The position numbers and the translations under genes are program-made. A DNA stretch of 64,000 nucleotides, taken from contig NW_027191409.1 in the NCBI RefSeq assembly GCF_041146345.1, forward strand, positions 744,001 to 808,000, written 5' to 3'. Below are positions 1 to 13,390 of this stretch, one piece after another (position 1 is the stretch's first letter; the number at the start of each line of letters is the position of its first letter). The notes under the pieces were generated by a model, which worked only from the letters and a program-made list of their open reading frames with translations, had not been told where the DNA came from and made no database searches. This DNA is from Neodothiora populina (Eukaryota).

Positions 1-3000
1 CGAAATCGATATGCAGGATATGTCCAGCGTCGTCGACCATGATGTTGCCGTTGTGTCGATCTTTGAATTGCAAGAGATAGGAGATCACCGAGTACGCAGC
101 CATACTCTTGACAAAGTTGTTGCGCGCCGCTTGAAATTGCAGTGAGTCTTCGGTGCCGTACTTTGAGACCCAATACTCGTAAAGTCCATTTACGGCTTCT
201 CGCCCGAGCATGTCACGGGAGATGGAATTTGGAAGGACGTCGATCACTCCACATCCTGGCGCGGTCGCCGTTACACGATATGGGTAGACAAAGACGTCTA
301 GGCCCACGTTGTTGAAAATACCGCGAAATGCCGCGATCATCTGCAGGGAAAGCACGTCTTGACGACAATCATCACCGACTTTAAAGATGGCCGATTGCCA
401 GACCTCGTAGGTGTTGTCCTTGGGCCCGTTCTTCCCATCCAGGGCGGCCTCCTGAGCATCATCCTCGACCTGCTCAATGTCCATGCCTCGTTCTTTACGA
501 ATCCGAAACGTCGCCATGAAAGGTGCTTTGGCGTGACTTTGCAGCGGTTTACCAGATTTGCGATCAATGCCGATGACCACACCGTCAGGATTACTAGGCA
601 AGTAAACTCCAACATCGACCTGGATTTTCCGGAGCTCCTCCTCGATCTTCTGTTTCTTCTCCGGCTTTGGCCTCTTGATAAAGGGTCTCAGCTTCCCGGA
701 GATGCTCGTAACCTCATTGAAGAAGCCAAACTCGCGTTCGTAAAAGTCCTTGTCTTCATCTGAGAAGCTAGAGATAAGAGCGTCCATGACCTTATCCAAT
801 GTTGGTTTGACAGGATCAGGGATCTGCGAGTCCTCGTCCTTAAAGGCGTTTGCTTTCATGTTCCAGATGATCTGGTGAGCGAACAATTGTGAGAATTTGG
901 CCGTCTCGACAATGTAACGTTCCACGTATCCGAGGACATCGTAGCGCAGTGTCTGCACGATTTGGGGCACATAGAAGAATGTGATGTCAACCGAGTGACT
1001 CTCCAAGGCTCGCATAGCGTACTGAATGATGAACGGATGATTACCGTAAGCAGGCAGGAAGTACGTGGCAGCCGTTATGGGATTGACAGGAGCCCAGTAG
1101 AGCAAATACTACGAAATATTAGAACCTTACGTGCGCGTTGAACAGAGTTGTTGCATACCTTGAGTTGGAACGACACATCATTTGGCAGTGAAGTACCCAG
1201 AAGAAGCTGTAGTGCTTCAGGTTCATCGAGTGCTCGTTCGGGATGGTTGACTAGTTGCCAGCGTATTTCAGCTTGGACGCGCGGGGAGTGTGATCTGAGG
1301 GCCAACTGCGTTGCCAGCGACGTGTTCTCGGTCCACGCGACTTTGAGCAAGTTCGATATGGTTGCTTCGTTTACATTGGTGCTGAGCCACGCGGGAGGGT
1401 TTGGATCGCCAAGTGTAGATATCCAGACACTGAGTCGGGCTGCTTCGTTGGTCAAGAGATAAGCCAAAAGCTCCTGTTTCAAGTTCAATGGCTGTAGTGG
1501 CGCTGCGGGTTTCCCCACGATGTTCGATGTCTGCTGTAAAGCAACCAGTACGTCGCTTATGAGCTGCACTTCCGCTTTGATTTGGAGCTTGTTGCTGCCG
1601 TACGACCACATAGGGGCATGCTTGAACCACGAGAGTCCAGCAGATAATACCTGGTCTTTAAGTTGCCACTTCGACCGCTCCGTAGAACCAGTGCAGTTCG
1701 CCAGGACACGTAGACCGAGAAGCACCATATGGAAATGAGCCTCTCGTGCGAGTGGATGAGCAGCAATTTTGTTCATGGACGCCATTGTTATACGCATCGT
1801 GCGTATGAAAATGCGTTCAATGTGCGGGCTGCTTAGACGAGTAGCATTGAAATGGCTCGAGAGGAACTGAATAAGACGGAAGTGAGGCGCGATTGCATCA
1901 TGCACGATTTGCTGCTTCTTTGCGATGACCGTTCGATCTGAAGGAGCGAATTCCTCCTTCACAAAGAACGGGTCCAGATGACTATGGCAATGTTAGCAGT
2001 GTGGAGCGGCTCACTATTCACCTTACTTACTGGAAAGTCCGACTAAATATGCCTCGCCTTCGTCGGATGGTCATTTCCCAGCTAGAAAGTACCTCGGCGA
2101 GTATCCTCGACTCCAATTTCGAGTTTTCCTTGATTACGCCCATCCAGAGGGAGATACCAAACTTGATAGACTGTTTTGTGAATTGGGTGAATGGTACGCC
2201 GACCAGAAGATTGATGAGCCTGTAACGGTCCGCATCGACATTGCATAAAATTGAAGCCGCGCGACGAAGATAGGATCGAATCTCGTCACCAGATACGTGA
2301 TGATGACCCCGAAGTTTACGATCAAAATCTCGCAATATAATAGCAATTTCACGTGCCTGACCATCCAAGGTATACTTCGCCAAAGCCATTTTATCGGAGC
2401 TACTGTATCGAAGATCGTCTACAGTCTGACTAGAGAATATGTCGGCGTATCGATACTCCTGACGTGTAGTATACTGGGCGACAAAGTCAGATGCCGTGTT
2501 GATGCTCAGATCAGAATGACGTCCGATCGCTCCGAGTCGTTGATCTGTTGCAGGGATGATTGATCCAATTTCCAGAGCAAAAGATCTACCAAGTGAAACA
2601 TGTCCGTATGCTCCATCATCCTCGTAGTCGGATAGGTAAGTCTGTAAAAGCCCTTTCAGATCTAATGGAGCAATATCCATAACACGAGAGATCCACACAC
2701 GACAGCGCTGCTGAAACGTCCTCAGGATAAACTGGCGCAGGGCAAAATCATCAGAAAGCTGTATAGTGACGTTGCCCTTGGCAGACTTGTATTCGGATTT
2801 CCATTCATACTCGTTCGTCTCTGCTTCCAGGCAGGCAGTCCACATGAGACTCAGGAGTTCAAGCATCGCGAACAGCGACGTTCTGTGACAGAGAGCAGAG
2901 GGGATCTGACTGATGATTCTGTCCGCAGCAGCCATGGCAACCTGTTGGACCTTACCGATGCGATGGCAGCACCCTTCAAAGAAGCGGGAAAGCTGATTGG

Positions 3001-5569
3001 CGAGCTCTGGTGCAGCAAACGACTGGTTGTGGCCTGCCTTAGTGATGGATAGATAGGCGTCAACAGCATGCAGAGCAACGCCAAGTAAGCAGTTGCTCAA
3101 CGGGCCACTCTTGAATTTAGGGTCCAAGAAATATGTCATGGTTCTGGTGCAGTCGCCTGATTGTGTGCGCAGGATCGCGACGAGGTTAGCGGCATGTAGA
3201 AAAATGAGTTCGGCGTAATCCAGGCCCTTGATGTCGTTCTCGTACGCGGGCAACGCGCTTATAAGTTGGCTCTTTAGCTGCAGCGTATGCTGATGACTCA
3301 TTCCTCGTCGAAGCACGGTATTAAGATCGATGCCACTCTCTTGAGTGTCCGCGAAGTCCATATCAATCAAGGGGGGTGTGAACCATGCGACTGTGCGCAG
3401 ATCGGCATGGCAAGCTTTCTCACGAGGCGAACCGAGCACGAAGTCATGGACGATGAGGTTGAACCAGGCATCGCGGGTCAGAGATCGCAGCGCATCCCTG
3501 TTCTCTAGACTCTCTGGATTCATTGGATTTGCGGACGTGATCGCAGCCAAAGGTGGGACAAGCTGTGAAATATGAGAAACGGCGAGCTGGTCGTTCATGC
3601 GGACACCCGTGTCTTTTCCAGCAGTGTCATGCGTACTCACGACTCCATCCAAAAGACTCATAAGGTAAGGCTCGAAGAGGGCGGAGTTCTGTGAGATGTT
3701 CCTGGCAAGGTATAGCCGAGCCTCCATGACTGCAGCTGAGATGAGGCTGTTGGCCTGCCCCAGAGCATCCGACGCGACTCTAGAGTACATCTTGAGCAAG
3801 GGTCGAAATTCGTTTATGCCAGCGTGTAACGCAACAGCAGCTGATCCGACGATGATCTTGGCATCGACAGCAGAAGTGGCGCGGCCTATCTTCTGTACCA
3901 TCATAGAAATGGCAAGGGCAGTGATTTTTTCGTCGTTACAACGACGAGCAATGGCGACGATGGCCCGGACGACGGCGCCGTGAACCACAATCGTTTGCTC
4001 GGCATCGTCGATGACGAGAGACAATGTACTCGTTGCGCCATTGGCGGTACCATATGGCTCGCTGTTCCCATGGACGCTTCCATTGCCATCGAAGAAGACA
4101 GACATGTTCGTCTTTGCTCGCGGCCCAATACTAAGAATGTTACCAAGACTATAGAGCGTACTGATGATCAAGTCTTGGGGGACCAAACTTAGGGCGGAAG
4201 CCAGAGATTCTGCTGCGACATCGGCTGTTGCAGCGGTCATTTTGCCTTGCACGATGAGCTTCGGTAAGGCACGAGATAGAGTAGATGCGTAAGACGAGGA
4301 CTGCGTCGCAAGTACGACCATACAACGCAAAGCTGCGCTTGCCAATGTGTCGTCGGCAAGCTGCACAGGATCGGTCAAGACACCATCGAGCCAAGAAGTC
4401 AGTAGTTCAGCATCCACCGCGTCGTCGTTCTTCAAAAGGCAGCATAGGTAGCTTGTAAGAGTATCAGCTTTGGTGGAAAAGGCCAGTTGCTGCTGCCAAG
4501 CAGAGCTGACTTGCAAGTAATCGGCATCGGCATCGACAAGGGCGACGGAATCTGCAATGAGACCCGCAAGGCGTTCGACGCTGGCGTCATCAACTGGCTC
4601 GACAGTGGGTGACAGCTCTGGATTCTTTGCAAGATAAGCGAGCACACTGCCAGCACCAACGATAGCCGGGGGGAGCAACATCAAGGCAGTCGCGGCAGCC
4701 ACATAAGCCATGAAGGTGTGCTGTAGGAGCATGGCACCAAGCGGGTGGGTATCAGCTGCATACTGACGCAGTAGTCGTTTCCAAGGTCTCGCAGCGGGAC
4801 CACGGGAGTTCCTTATAGACGAGAGGGTGCCCTCAATCGCGACCATGAACTTCTCAGACTGTAAGGCCTGCAGCTCGAAGACAAGAGAGATGCGTTGATT
4901 TGTATCACACGCGGCGGGCCAAACAGATAGACCCTCCAAGAATCCAAGCAAAGATAGGGAGAAGGTTAGAACACCCACTCTTTCGGCGATGGCGGCATCC
5001 TCCGAAGACAGAGAGTGGTTAGAGTGGGCAATGGATCGGCCATGATCAGAGTATGACTTTGCCGCACGCTCGATGCCTGAGAGGGCAGATGCTCGAAGGC
5101 TGGAATGATGAATAGCAATAGCCGAGACTGCAGAAGTCACTTCCTTAGCCAGAAGATGCCACGGGGAGTATTCTAGGTCGCGTAGCAAATGCGACGAGCG
5201 AAAGGACTGAGAGTGGGACTCGAGGAGATATGGTAAGATCTGATCAAGCAAGCGCTGGGCATGCTCCAGAGACGTGACGGCAGGAGCAGCACGACACAGT
5301 GCGACAAGCACGTCGAGCTCTCTTGCGCCCATAGGAGTCCTCAGGACGCCATTGGCGCCTTTCTTCGGCGTCGCATTGTCGCGACCTTCATCGTTAGGAC
5401 GTCTGTACAGCGAGCATAAACGTGGAATATCAGGTGCGGTAGAGGGAGTAGTCGGGTACTGGGCAGACAGCAGAGCAAGCTTCTCGAGCGCCTGCCTTCG
5501 AATAGTGCCTCGATTCGTGTTTCTTTGTGCGGTATTAGTTCCACTGGGTTGGGTTTGAGGTGACGACAT
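1..5569 (-). CDS. STT4: Phosphatidylinositol 4-kinase type III alpha (Stt4); 3' end runs off the window
   Basis: Exons 5569-2031, 1981-1159 and 1108-<1; introns 1982-2030 and 1109-1158 are GT-AG with CTAAC/CTAAT branch sites. The last exon encodes YLLYWAPVNP, AIFKVGDDCRQD and SYLLQFKDRHNGNIM..HIDF (PI3/4-kinase catalytic motifs). The start ATG (MSSPQ) is a best guess. Confidence 0.95.
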
Positions 5570-6180
5570 TGCTTGTGATGTTATTGCACTCACGACCTCA
5601 TGACTGCTTGCTTGTCCCTTCGAGGGAAGACAGCAACTATACTGCGACACACACTATACAGGGCGCGACGGCTGCGAGAATGTCTCACTACCCCTTGACG
5701 AGTGTTCTATCTTTATAAACAGTGGAGTAATAATATGGTAGAGTACTTTGTATAACCAGCCCCTTCCGCACTGAACGCTATCAGTTCCTTACCCTTGACC
5801 CTGAATTAAGCACCAGCCACAGATGCGTCAGTCCAATGGCACATGTGGCACATGATGTGGCTGAGCATTGCGTCGGTATGTCGGCGTTCATCCACGATAA
5901 GGATTATGATAGCGGGCAGCGGAGGACGGAGGACGGTGTTTTCCGGCTTTGTTTACTCGTGCACCAAACACTCAACCCACCGGACTACTGGAGTTTGTGA
6001 TAGCCAGGTCAGGCAAGAAGAAAACAAACCCATATCTGCGCCAGCATCTTCGACAACATATCTACATGACGACAGAAACGGATTAGCATGACCTTGTGAT
6101 AGACGCAGTGACCAGAACAGCCAGCACACACTTTGCAGCAAAACCTGCGAATTGCCAGAGTAAAAGAAGCGACTGGGAAA

Positions 6181-8812
6181 ATGCCTCGAGTTCGCGGTGC
6201 TGCCGCCGCGGCTGCGAATGTTGCGCCCACGCCTCACAGATCACCAGTCAAGTAAGCGCATAACATCGTGGGCTGTTGAATTGCGTCTCGCTAATGCCTG
6301 ATGCGCGTAGGATTCCCCTCAACGATGACCGGGAGGAGAAAGCCAAGCGGCTTCAATCGCGACAGGCTTTCCATGAGATGCAGCTCAACTCGCTCAAGGC
6401 TGCTGCGTCACCGGCGCGCAAGAGGAGATCCCTCGGCGGTGCTCAGAACGATGCTCCTCACACCCCCAGCCGAGACGATGTGGCTTTCGATGTTGTTGGC
6501 ACCGCTGTCACACCTATGAAGCGCGTACCGATCCTGGCTAACTTCGAGGAGTGGATGAAGATGGCGACCGACAACAAAATCAATGCCGCCAACTCATGGA
6601 ACTTTGCTCTTATCGACTACTTTCACGACATGTCACTTCTCAAGGAAGGAGATGGCGTCAATTTCCAAAAAGCGAGCTGTACGCTAGACGGCTGTGTCAA
6701 GATCTATACCAGTCGAGTAGACAGTGTAGCCACGGAGACGGGAAAGCTCCTCAGCGGCCTTGCGGACAGCGGCACCAAGAAGAAGCGAGGCGACGATGCA
6801 GAGGAGGACGGTGAAGATGGCGACGAAGAGGAGGGCGAAGATGGGGTGAAGCGCAGAACCAAGAAGAAAACGCGATCTGCAGAGACTACCCTCGCTGACT
6901 CATTTGAGAAATTGCAGCTCAAGAAGATGGAGTTGGAGTTCTCCGTGGACCCGCTGTTCAAGAAAGCTTCTGCCGACTTTGACGAAGGAGGAGCCAAAGG
7001 TCTCCTACTCAATCACCTTTCCATCGACAATACAGGCCGAATCGTATTTGACAGTAGCGATGATGCGCAAGAGCAACCGGACGATGACTCGCGGCGGGAC
7101 AGCATGCTTGAGGAACACAGTATCAAGTCTGAAGACGATGACGCTGCCGACGACGAAAAGCCAGAGCGATCCGCGGAGCAGTCTGCAGGCATCGATCTTG
7201 CTGGACTTGCTGCGCGTTTCTTTCCTGATCTCAACAAGCTAGACCACCAAGACATTTGTCCTTCGCTGAGGACATTTGAGCTGGGCGATGGCAGTGGAAC
7301 TCTCGATCTTCCTTTCCTCAAAGCTCCCGAAGACTGGCGCAAGCAGAAGGAAGAGGAGGACTTCGACGATGCACGCTCAGGAATTGTGATTGATGAAGAC
7401 AATGCCGCTGGTTTCGATGACGACGACGACATGAACATTGGCGGATTTGATATACCAGCCGATGTCGGTTTCGGCGAAGGTGGTGAAGCTTGGGCGAAAG
7501 AGGCGCACGTCGAGCCTCAGCTGCGACCGCACCTTTCTACTGAAGGACCTGATGGTGATATGGCCGGCCCTGACGGCGAAATCGGCGGATTCGAAGCAGA
7601 CAGTGACCGTTACGGAGTGACTTTGCAACACCGCGGCGACGATCACGAGAACATCCTTTCTTACTTCGATCAAGCACTGCAGAAAAATTGGGCTGGCCCG
7701 GAGCACTGGAAGATCAAGAAAATCAAAGATGCTGCTTCGAACAAGTCTGCCGCGGGCGCAGCCACCAAGCGCAAAGAGAAAGAGCCTTTTGAGATCGACT
7801 TTGCCAGTCCTATGACCCAGCAGTTGGCTGATCTACTCTACACGCCTGCCGCCTCCAATGCGAGCATAAGTCTACCCAAAACGCAATGGAAGAGCAAGAC
7901 TAGGAATTTGCTCCCCGACGACAAGCACTTCAGCTCAAGGGACCTACTGCGACTTTTCCTCAAACCCAAGGCTCGTCTTGGTAGCACGCGCAAGTCGACC
8001 TCATCAAAACATCAAACAGCGCAGCTGGGAGTGCATGAAGGCGAAGTCGACGAGGCATACTGGGCGAACCATCAAGGACTCGGTGAGGGCATGCCAAAGC
8101 CGGCGGTAGACGAAGATGGCGTGCCACGCGGCGACTACGACGCAGACTTCTTCCAAGACGATGGTCTCGGCATCCCCGGTGGCGGGCTCGACGATGACGC
8201 CGATGACTTTGTGGATGCACAAGATGGACTGCTACCCCCACTAAACGATGCGACCAGCGGCGCGCAGGCTGGAGCAGCTCCCGACGGCGGTCTGTCGCCT
8301 GGTGGCAGCCAGGAAGGCGCGTTCGGCACACAACTAGTCACGCAAAGCAGGCGATTGAGGCCCGAATACGTGCAATATGCGCGCGTGGCGAAGAAGATTG
8401 ATGTGCGTCGGTTAAAAGAGGAGATGTGGAAGGGAATAGGATTCGAGGTAAGAAGGAACCCTTTTCTGATTTCTAGACTCTTGAGATTGAGGACGATTCA
8501 CTAACGTCATATTTTACAATGAAGCAGGAACCCACAGCACCCACACCTTCGAAATCCAATCATCAACAGCAGCAACAATTCATCGTACCCAAGACCGAAA
8601 ACGGCGAGTTCAAATTCACAGACGTGATGAACAACCTCAAGAATGTCTACCCGAAACAACAACTAGGAGACATCAGTACGAGTTTCTGCTTCATCTGCTT
8701 ACTGCATTTGGCCAACGAAAAGGGACTCGTTATTGAGAATACGCCAGACTTCACCGAGCTCAACGTAAGGCAAGATCCTAATGCTGAAGCTATTGGTGAT
8801 GGAGGGGAGTAA
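6181..8812 (+). CDS. BRN1: Condensin kleisin subunit (Barren/Cnd2/CAP-H)
   Basis: Exons 6181-6251, 6311-8447 and 8528-8812. Motifs: NFEEWMKMATDNKINAANSWNFALIDYF, NFQKASCTLDGCVKIYTSRVDSV, NWAGPEHWK, and C-terminal ISTSFCFICLLHLANEKGL. Confidence 0.96.
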
Positions 8813-9176
8813 AGGCGGCTGAGACGGTCGACTTGAGCTTCTGAGCCTTTTCTTGTTTGGAGGATGCGGCGTTGGTGTGAATCAACAACCCTGACATCAT
8901 TTGTTGTCTGGTTTGATCGTCTGGCGTTTTCGAATACATTCATCATTTACTTTACTTCTCCTGTTCCCATTGAATCTGGGAAGACTTCTGCAGGCGGGCT
9001 AGCCAACGACTGACAAGCCAATGACTGACAATTGAAAGTGACAAGTGCAGCACGTTTCTTCCGGTCTAATGCACCCATTGTAACTACAGACAGACACCGC
9101 CATTTCTTCTCGCTCTCCCCGAGTGTCTTTCACATAGGTCCCCGCACAGTGATGTCTTCGCTTTGGCTACCATCAC

Positions 9177-10671
9177 TTATCCCATGATGCGATCCTCACT
9201 TTCATGCAGATCCATCTCGACCGCTCTCTTCATAGCAGCCAGCGCATCGTCTAGAGGACAGTTGTCACCCCAGGTGTACTTCGTGATAGACAGCAGTGGC
9301 AACTTCTTCAATTTCCTGCCGCTAATGCCTTTGCACTTCTGTGCGAGAGCTGCAAGCATCTGAACAGGATGGTCAGGCTGGTCCATTGTTTCGATAACCG
9401 AATCCCAATCTGGGATCATGCCATGTGCGGCGGCATCTTCTTTGCTGTACAACGATCCAATCCCGTTGACCTGCCACATCGAATCGATCTGCCACAACGA
9501 AGGTATTACGATCCCGGCTCGTATAAGTTGGTTGAGCGTCGATCTGAAGATCTCGTAAATGGCGCTCTCACAAGGTGAAGGCACGCAGACATCAAAGTCT
9601 ACCCTATCGGAGAAGGCAGGATCAATTGCGGACTTAAGGTTACTAGTGCAGAACACCACGACATTGGGCTGTGTGCGAATGCGGTCGAGGGCAGTAAGGA
9701 GTTGATTGGTCACGCGAATGCTGTCATGGCACTCACCACTTGCAGAGAGTTGCTCACGAGATCCTGCAATGGACTCGACTTCATCAATCAGGACAAAAAT
9801 AAGAGTGGTACATCCAGTATCTCGTGCTAGCGAACTTATCTGGTCGAAAACCTCGGTCACCAGGCGGCCGCTTTCGCTATAATACTTGCTCAGTAGTGAT
9901 TGGGTGTTCAATTCAAATAGACGGCCTCCCAGTGGAAACTGGCCACCGAGTCTGATCGAAAGCTTTTGAGCTAAGGCCCGACTTTCGCAAAATATAGAGA
10001 TCAGTTGGTCATCTCCGAAAGGACGATATTTGGCCACAGCTAGATCGAGCTTACCTCAGTGTTGTCTTGCCACATCCAGGGGGCCCGTGAAGAAGAATGA
10101 GTCGGTTGAGATCCATGGCATTCATATCTAGACCAGGCTGCTTCAACAGAATGACTATCGCAGCGTTAGTACACAAAAAAATCCATGGACACAGGGTGTA
10201 CATACTTATTCTGGCCACTGATCTCAAGATCTCATCAGGCTCATCGTTCTCAAATTTGAGACTTGCCCAAACATCTGACAGGCTTTTATTAGGCAGCTCA
10301 ATCATCTTGCCAGGAGCAGAACCATCATCTCTTCCCTGGCCACAAGACGTCTGGTCCACTGTTGATTCAGATGAATCACGCAGCCGGTATGCATGCACCT
10401 TGAGAGCCAGCTGTGCCAAGTCGTGACATGGATTCAAGACCACAGATCCCGAAAACTCACTTATCTTGATGGACTGGATAAGGTGTTTGTATCGTAGGTC
10501 ATCATTTACCTTGATATGCTGACCAATGATCAAGCCGCCGAAAGTGATCCTAAGCCAACGCTCCACCTCTTCCTCAATGTCAGTATTTGAAATATGGTCA
10601 TCTCGATAGCAAAGGCTGCCAAGGAGGACTTCCGCATGAAGCTCTGGCGCTCGTTCCTTGTTAGTGGTCAT
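9177..10671 (-). CDS. PCH2: Pachytene checkpoint AAA+ ATPase Pch2/TRIP13
   Basis: Exons 10671-10206, 10154-10055 and 9981-9177. Splicing gives [29 protein letters not shown] (Walker A plus Pch2 signature), SLLSKYYSESGRLV, Walker B VLIDEVESI, and NQLLTALD. Confidence 0.92.
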
Positions 10672-11090
10672 CGAGTAGACAGACCTGTGATACGAGTGAA
10701 TGTTGTTTAGTAGTGAATGTGGATATCAGCGTCGTGTGCAAGCTCAACTGTGATGATGGAGAGTTACGAAATCACATTGTATTAGCAGGGAAGGAGCTGA
10801 GAAGCGAGATGCGTTGCAGACTTTTCCTAGCTGTGACTGTAGTCTAGTGAAGAGGAAGGAGCGGCATTACTCCAAGCCAACGCGTTCAATACCCAGTCGA
10901 TACAGTCCAGAGACATGAAATCTGTGTTCTGTGAACTTTTAGCAACATACATTGTAGCGGTTCATAGACTGTTCGGACTGGCAACAGGAGCACCGGCAAT
11001 GGACAATATAGAGCCGTCTTTAGATTGTCGCGCTTGCTGAAATTGTCACAACTTTTTAATTCGTTACACACGCTTTGCAACAACATCCCA

Positions 11091-12672
11091 TCAGTCCCAG
11101 CGTAACAGGATCTCCTCCCCCTTCACCCGAGAATTGAACCATTCAACGATTTCCACCTTTTCTCCTATTCCCTTGGCGCCGTCTAACACACCTGACTGCG
11201 CCACCGCTCTGCCTGCTAACGTAAGTTCCATCATCGCCAGATTTCGGGCTATACATTGTCTACTGCCAAGACCAAAAGGTATGAAATCCCTGTTCATTAG
11301 TGCTAATTGCTCCCTACTTTCACAGCCGGCGCTGGTCTCGAGCCATCGCTCTGGTCGGAAGATCATAGGGTCGCTGAAAACAGCTGGATTGTGATGCAGC
11401 GTGTGTAGTTGTGCAGAGACGAGGGTTCCTGCCGGGAAGTGATATGTCGTATCATTCGAGGCGCAGTGATACACCCAGCCGCCAGGAGGGACCACGCGTG
11501 GGAGCCGGGTTGGATTGGCCATACTCAAACGCAGGGCTTCTCGTATACATGAACGGAGGTAAGGAAGTGAAGCTGGATCGACAGATGCCTCAGCCTGCGA
11601 GATTTCAAGTTTCAACTTGGCATATCTGGAGAACAAATAAGTTACGGGCACGAGTGGATGATGGTGCACAAATGACCTACACATCAGGGTTCTTGGCTAA
11701 TTGCCAGCATAGAGTACTCAGATTCATCCCACTGGAATCGGTGCCTGCAAACATCAAGTCCTTACACTGCGCTACGACTTCCTCTGGCGTCAGCCCTGCT
11801 TTCAGCATCCTGCCAGGATAACTTCCGTCTTCGGGATCCGCCTGGTTTACGACTTCTTTCACGAAATCGTCCACCTTGGTCATGCTGTCCTCTGTGGCCT
11901 TGGTGCCGAAGAACTTCTCGGCGCCCAGTTCTGCAGCGACGAATATCCAGTTGGGCAGATAAAAGAACCGACCGACTCCAACGAATGCGTCAACGAATTC
12001 GCTGGCGCTCATCAGTGGTTTCTCAGCTATTTGATTAGAGGTTTCTTTCTTCCCTTCACGCTCTTCTTCTAAACCGCCATAGCTTCTGCCGAAGAGATAT
12101 GCAGTAACAGCATCAAGCGCTAGACTCCTGCTTAGGTTCAAGATATTGACCGCACCCTGTTCTTTAGCCTCGTCCTTCTCAGACCTGACCCTCTGTACGA
12201 ATGTGTCAACACAGCGCATCAATACTCGTTCACCTTGTCTCAGGTTGCCTGTACTGAAAAGTGGGAGCACACTTTTAGCTTTAGGGGCTCGTGTTTCTTT
12301 CACCAACTCAGAGAACAAGCTTGCAAAACCCTCAATGTCGAAATTCCTGTAGCAGTCTGCCTTTGCAAAGCCGCCTTTGTCATTGTAAATAGGTCCAAGG
12401 CAGCTGCCATCTGCAATGCAGATCTCATTAGGAGCAACTCGAATGACTGGACCATACGAGTCATGGAACTGCGTAATCAGAGTGCACTCGTCCCCAACAT
12501 ATGAATGATAATAGGTCCAAAATGATGTCAACCGACAGGCAAAGGGCCCAGGGATTGATGAGAGAGGATGGAAGATCAGGCGGTATATGGCAATTGTGAT
12601 GATGCTAAGAACGAAAATCAAGCCGAGAGAGGTAGCTAGAGAAGCTGTTTCCAGTAAAGACGCCAGCGCCAT
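11091..12672 (-). CDS. Cytochrome P450 monooxygenase, ER-anchored; family not assigned
   Basis: Exons 12672-11681 and 11625-11091; intron 11626-11680. N-terminal TM followed by HPLSSIPGP, I-helix AGTDSS, EALR, PERW, and heme motif PFGLGSRQCIA. Confidence 0.95.
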
Positions 12673-13390
12673 GGCTGGAGAAGAAACAAGATCAATTGAT
12701 ATAATGTTCACTGCGCTACCGATCTCGTATTTGCTTGCACTCGGCGTATGGTAAGAGGAATAGAACAGTTAATTGGGATCAGCTACGAGTGAAGGTCGAA
12801 TACATGTTGCAGGCCGAGCGAGGTATGAGTAATTGTACAGGACATCCGCCGCGGGCGAGGGTTCGCGACAAGTGTGTCATGACTATCTGTACCAAAGTGG
12901 ACAAAAGATAAGCGCAGCACGCAGCGAGGTCGTGATAAATACAGTGATCTTCTACAGACTGTCCGCCTAAGAAACCACCTCTTTGGCCATAGTCGGCCAA
13001 CGCAGCGCGCGGACTCCGCCGCCAAGGATCAGAGCACGGGATCGGTACTTATTCATGCCGCGAGCATCGCAGGCAAGGGCGATTACAAATAGTACATCGA
13101 GTCATGATGTTAGCATTTAGTTGCCTAAGGTACCTTACCCAACGTCAAGGTATGAATGAAATCGTCATCATATAGATCTATAGAAAGAAAGGTTCGCCGC
13201 ACTGTTACCTAGCCAATTCACCGCATAAATGGATATCGAAATGTATGAGGAAGATTCCTTCTTGACATTCCAACACCGTGCCATGGCACAGAGCAATTGC
13301 CTCTGGGACCGATTCCGCGGATGGCACCACAGACGATCGCGAGATGGACCACATATCCCTAAAACAAGCACCGAACGATTGTATCCGTCC

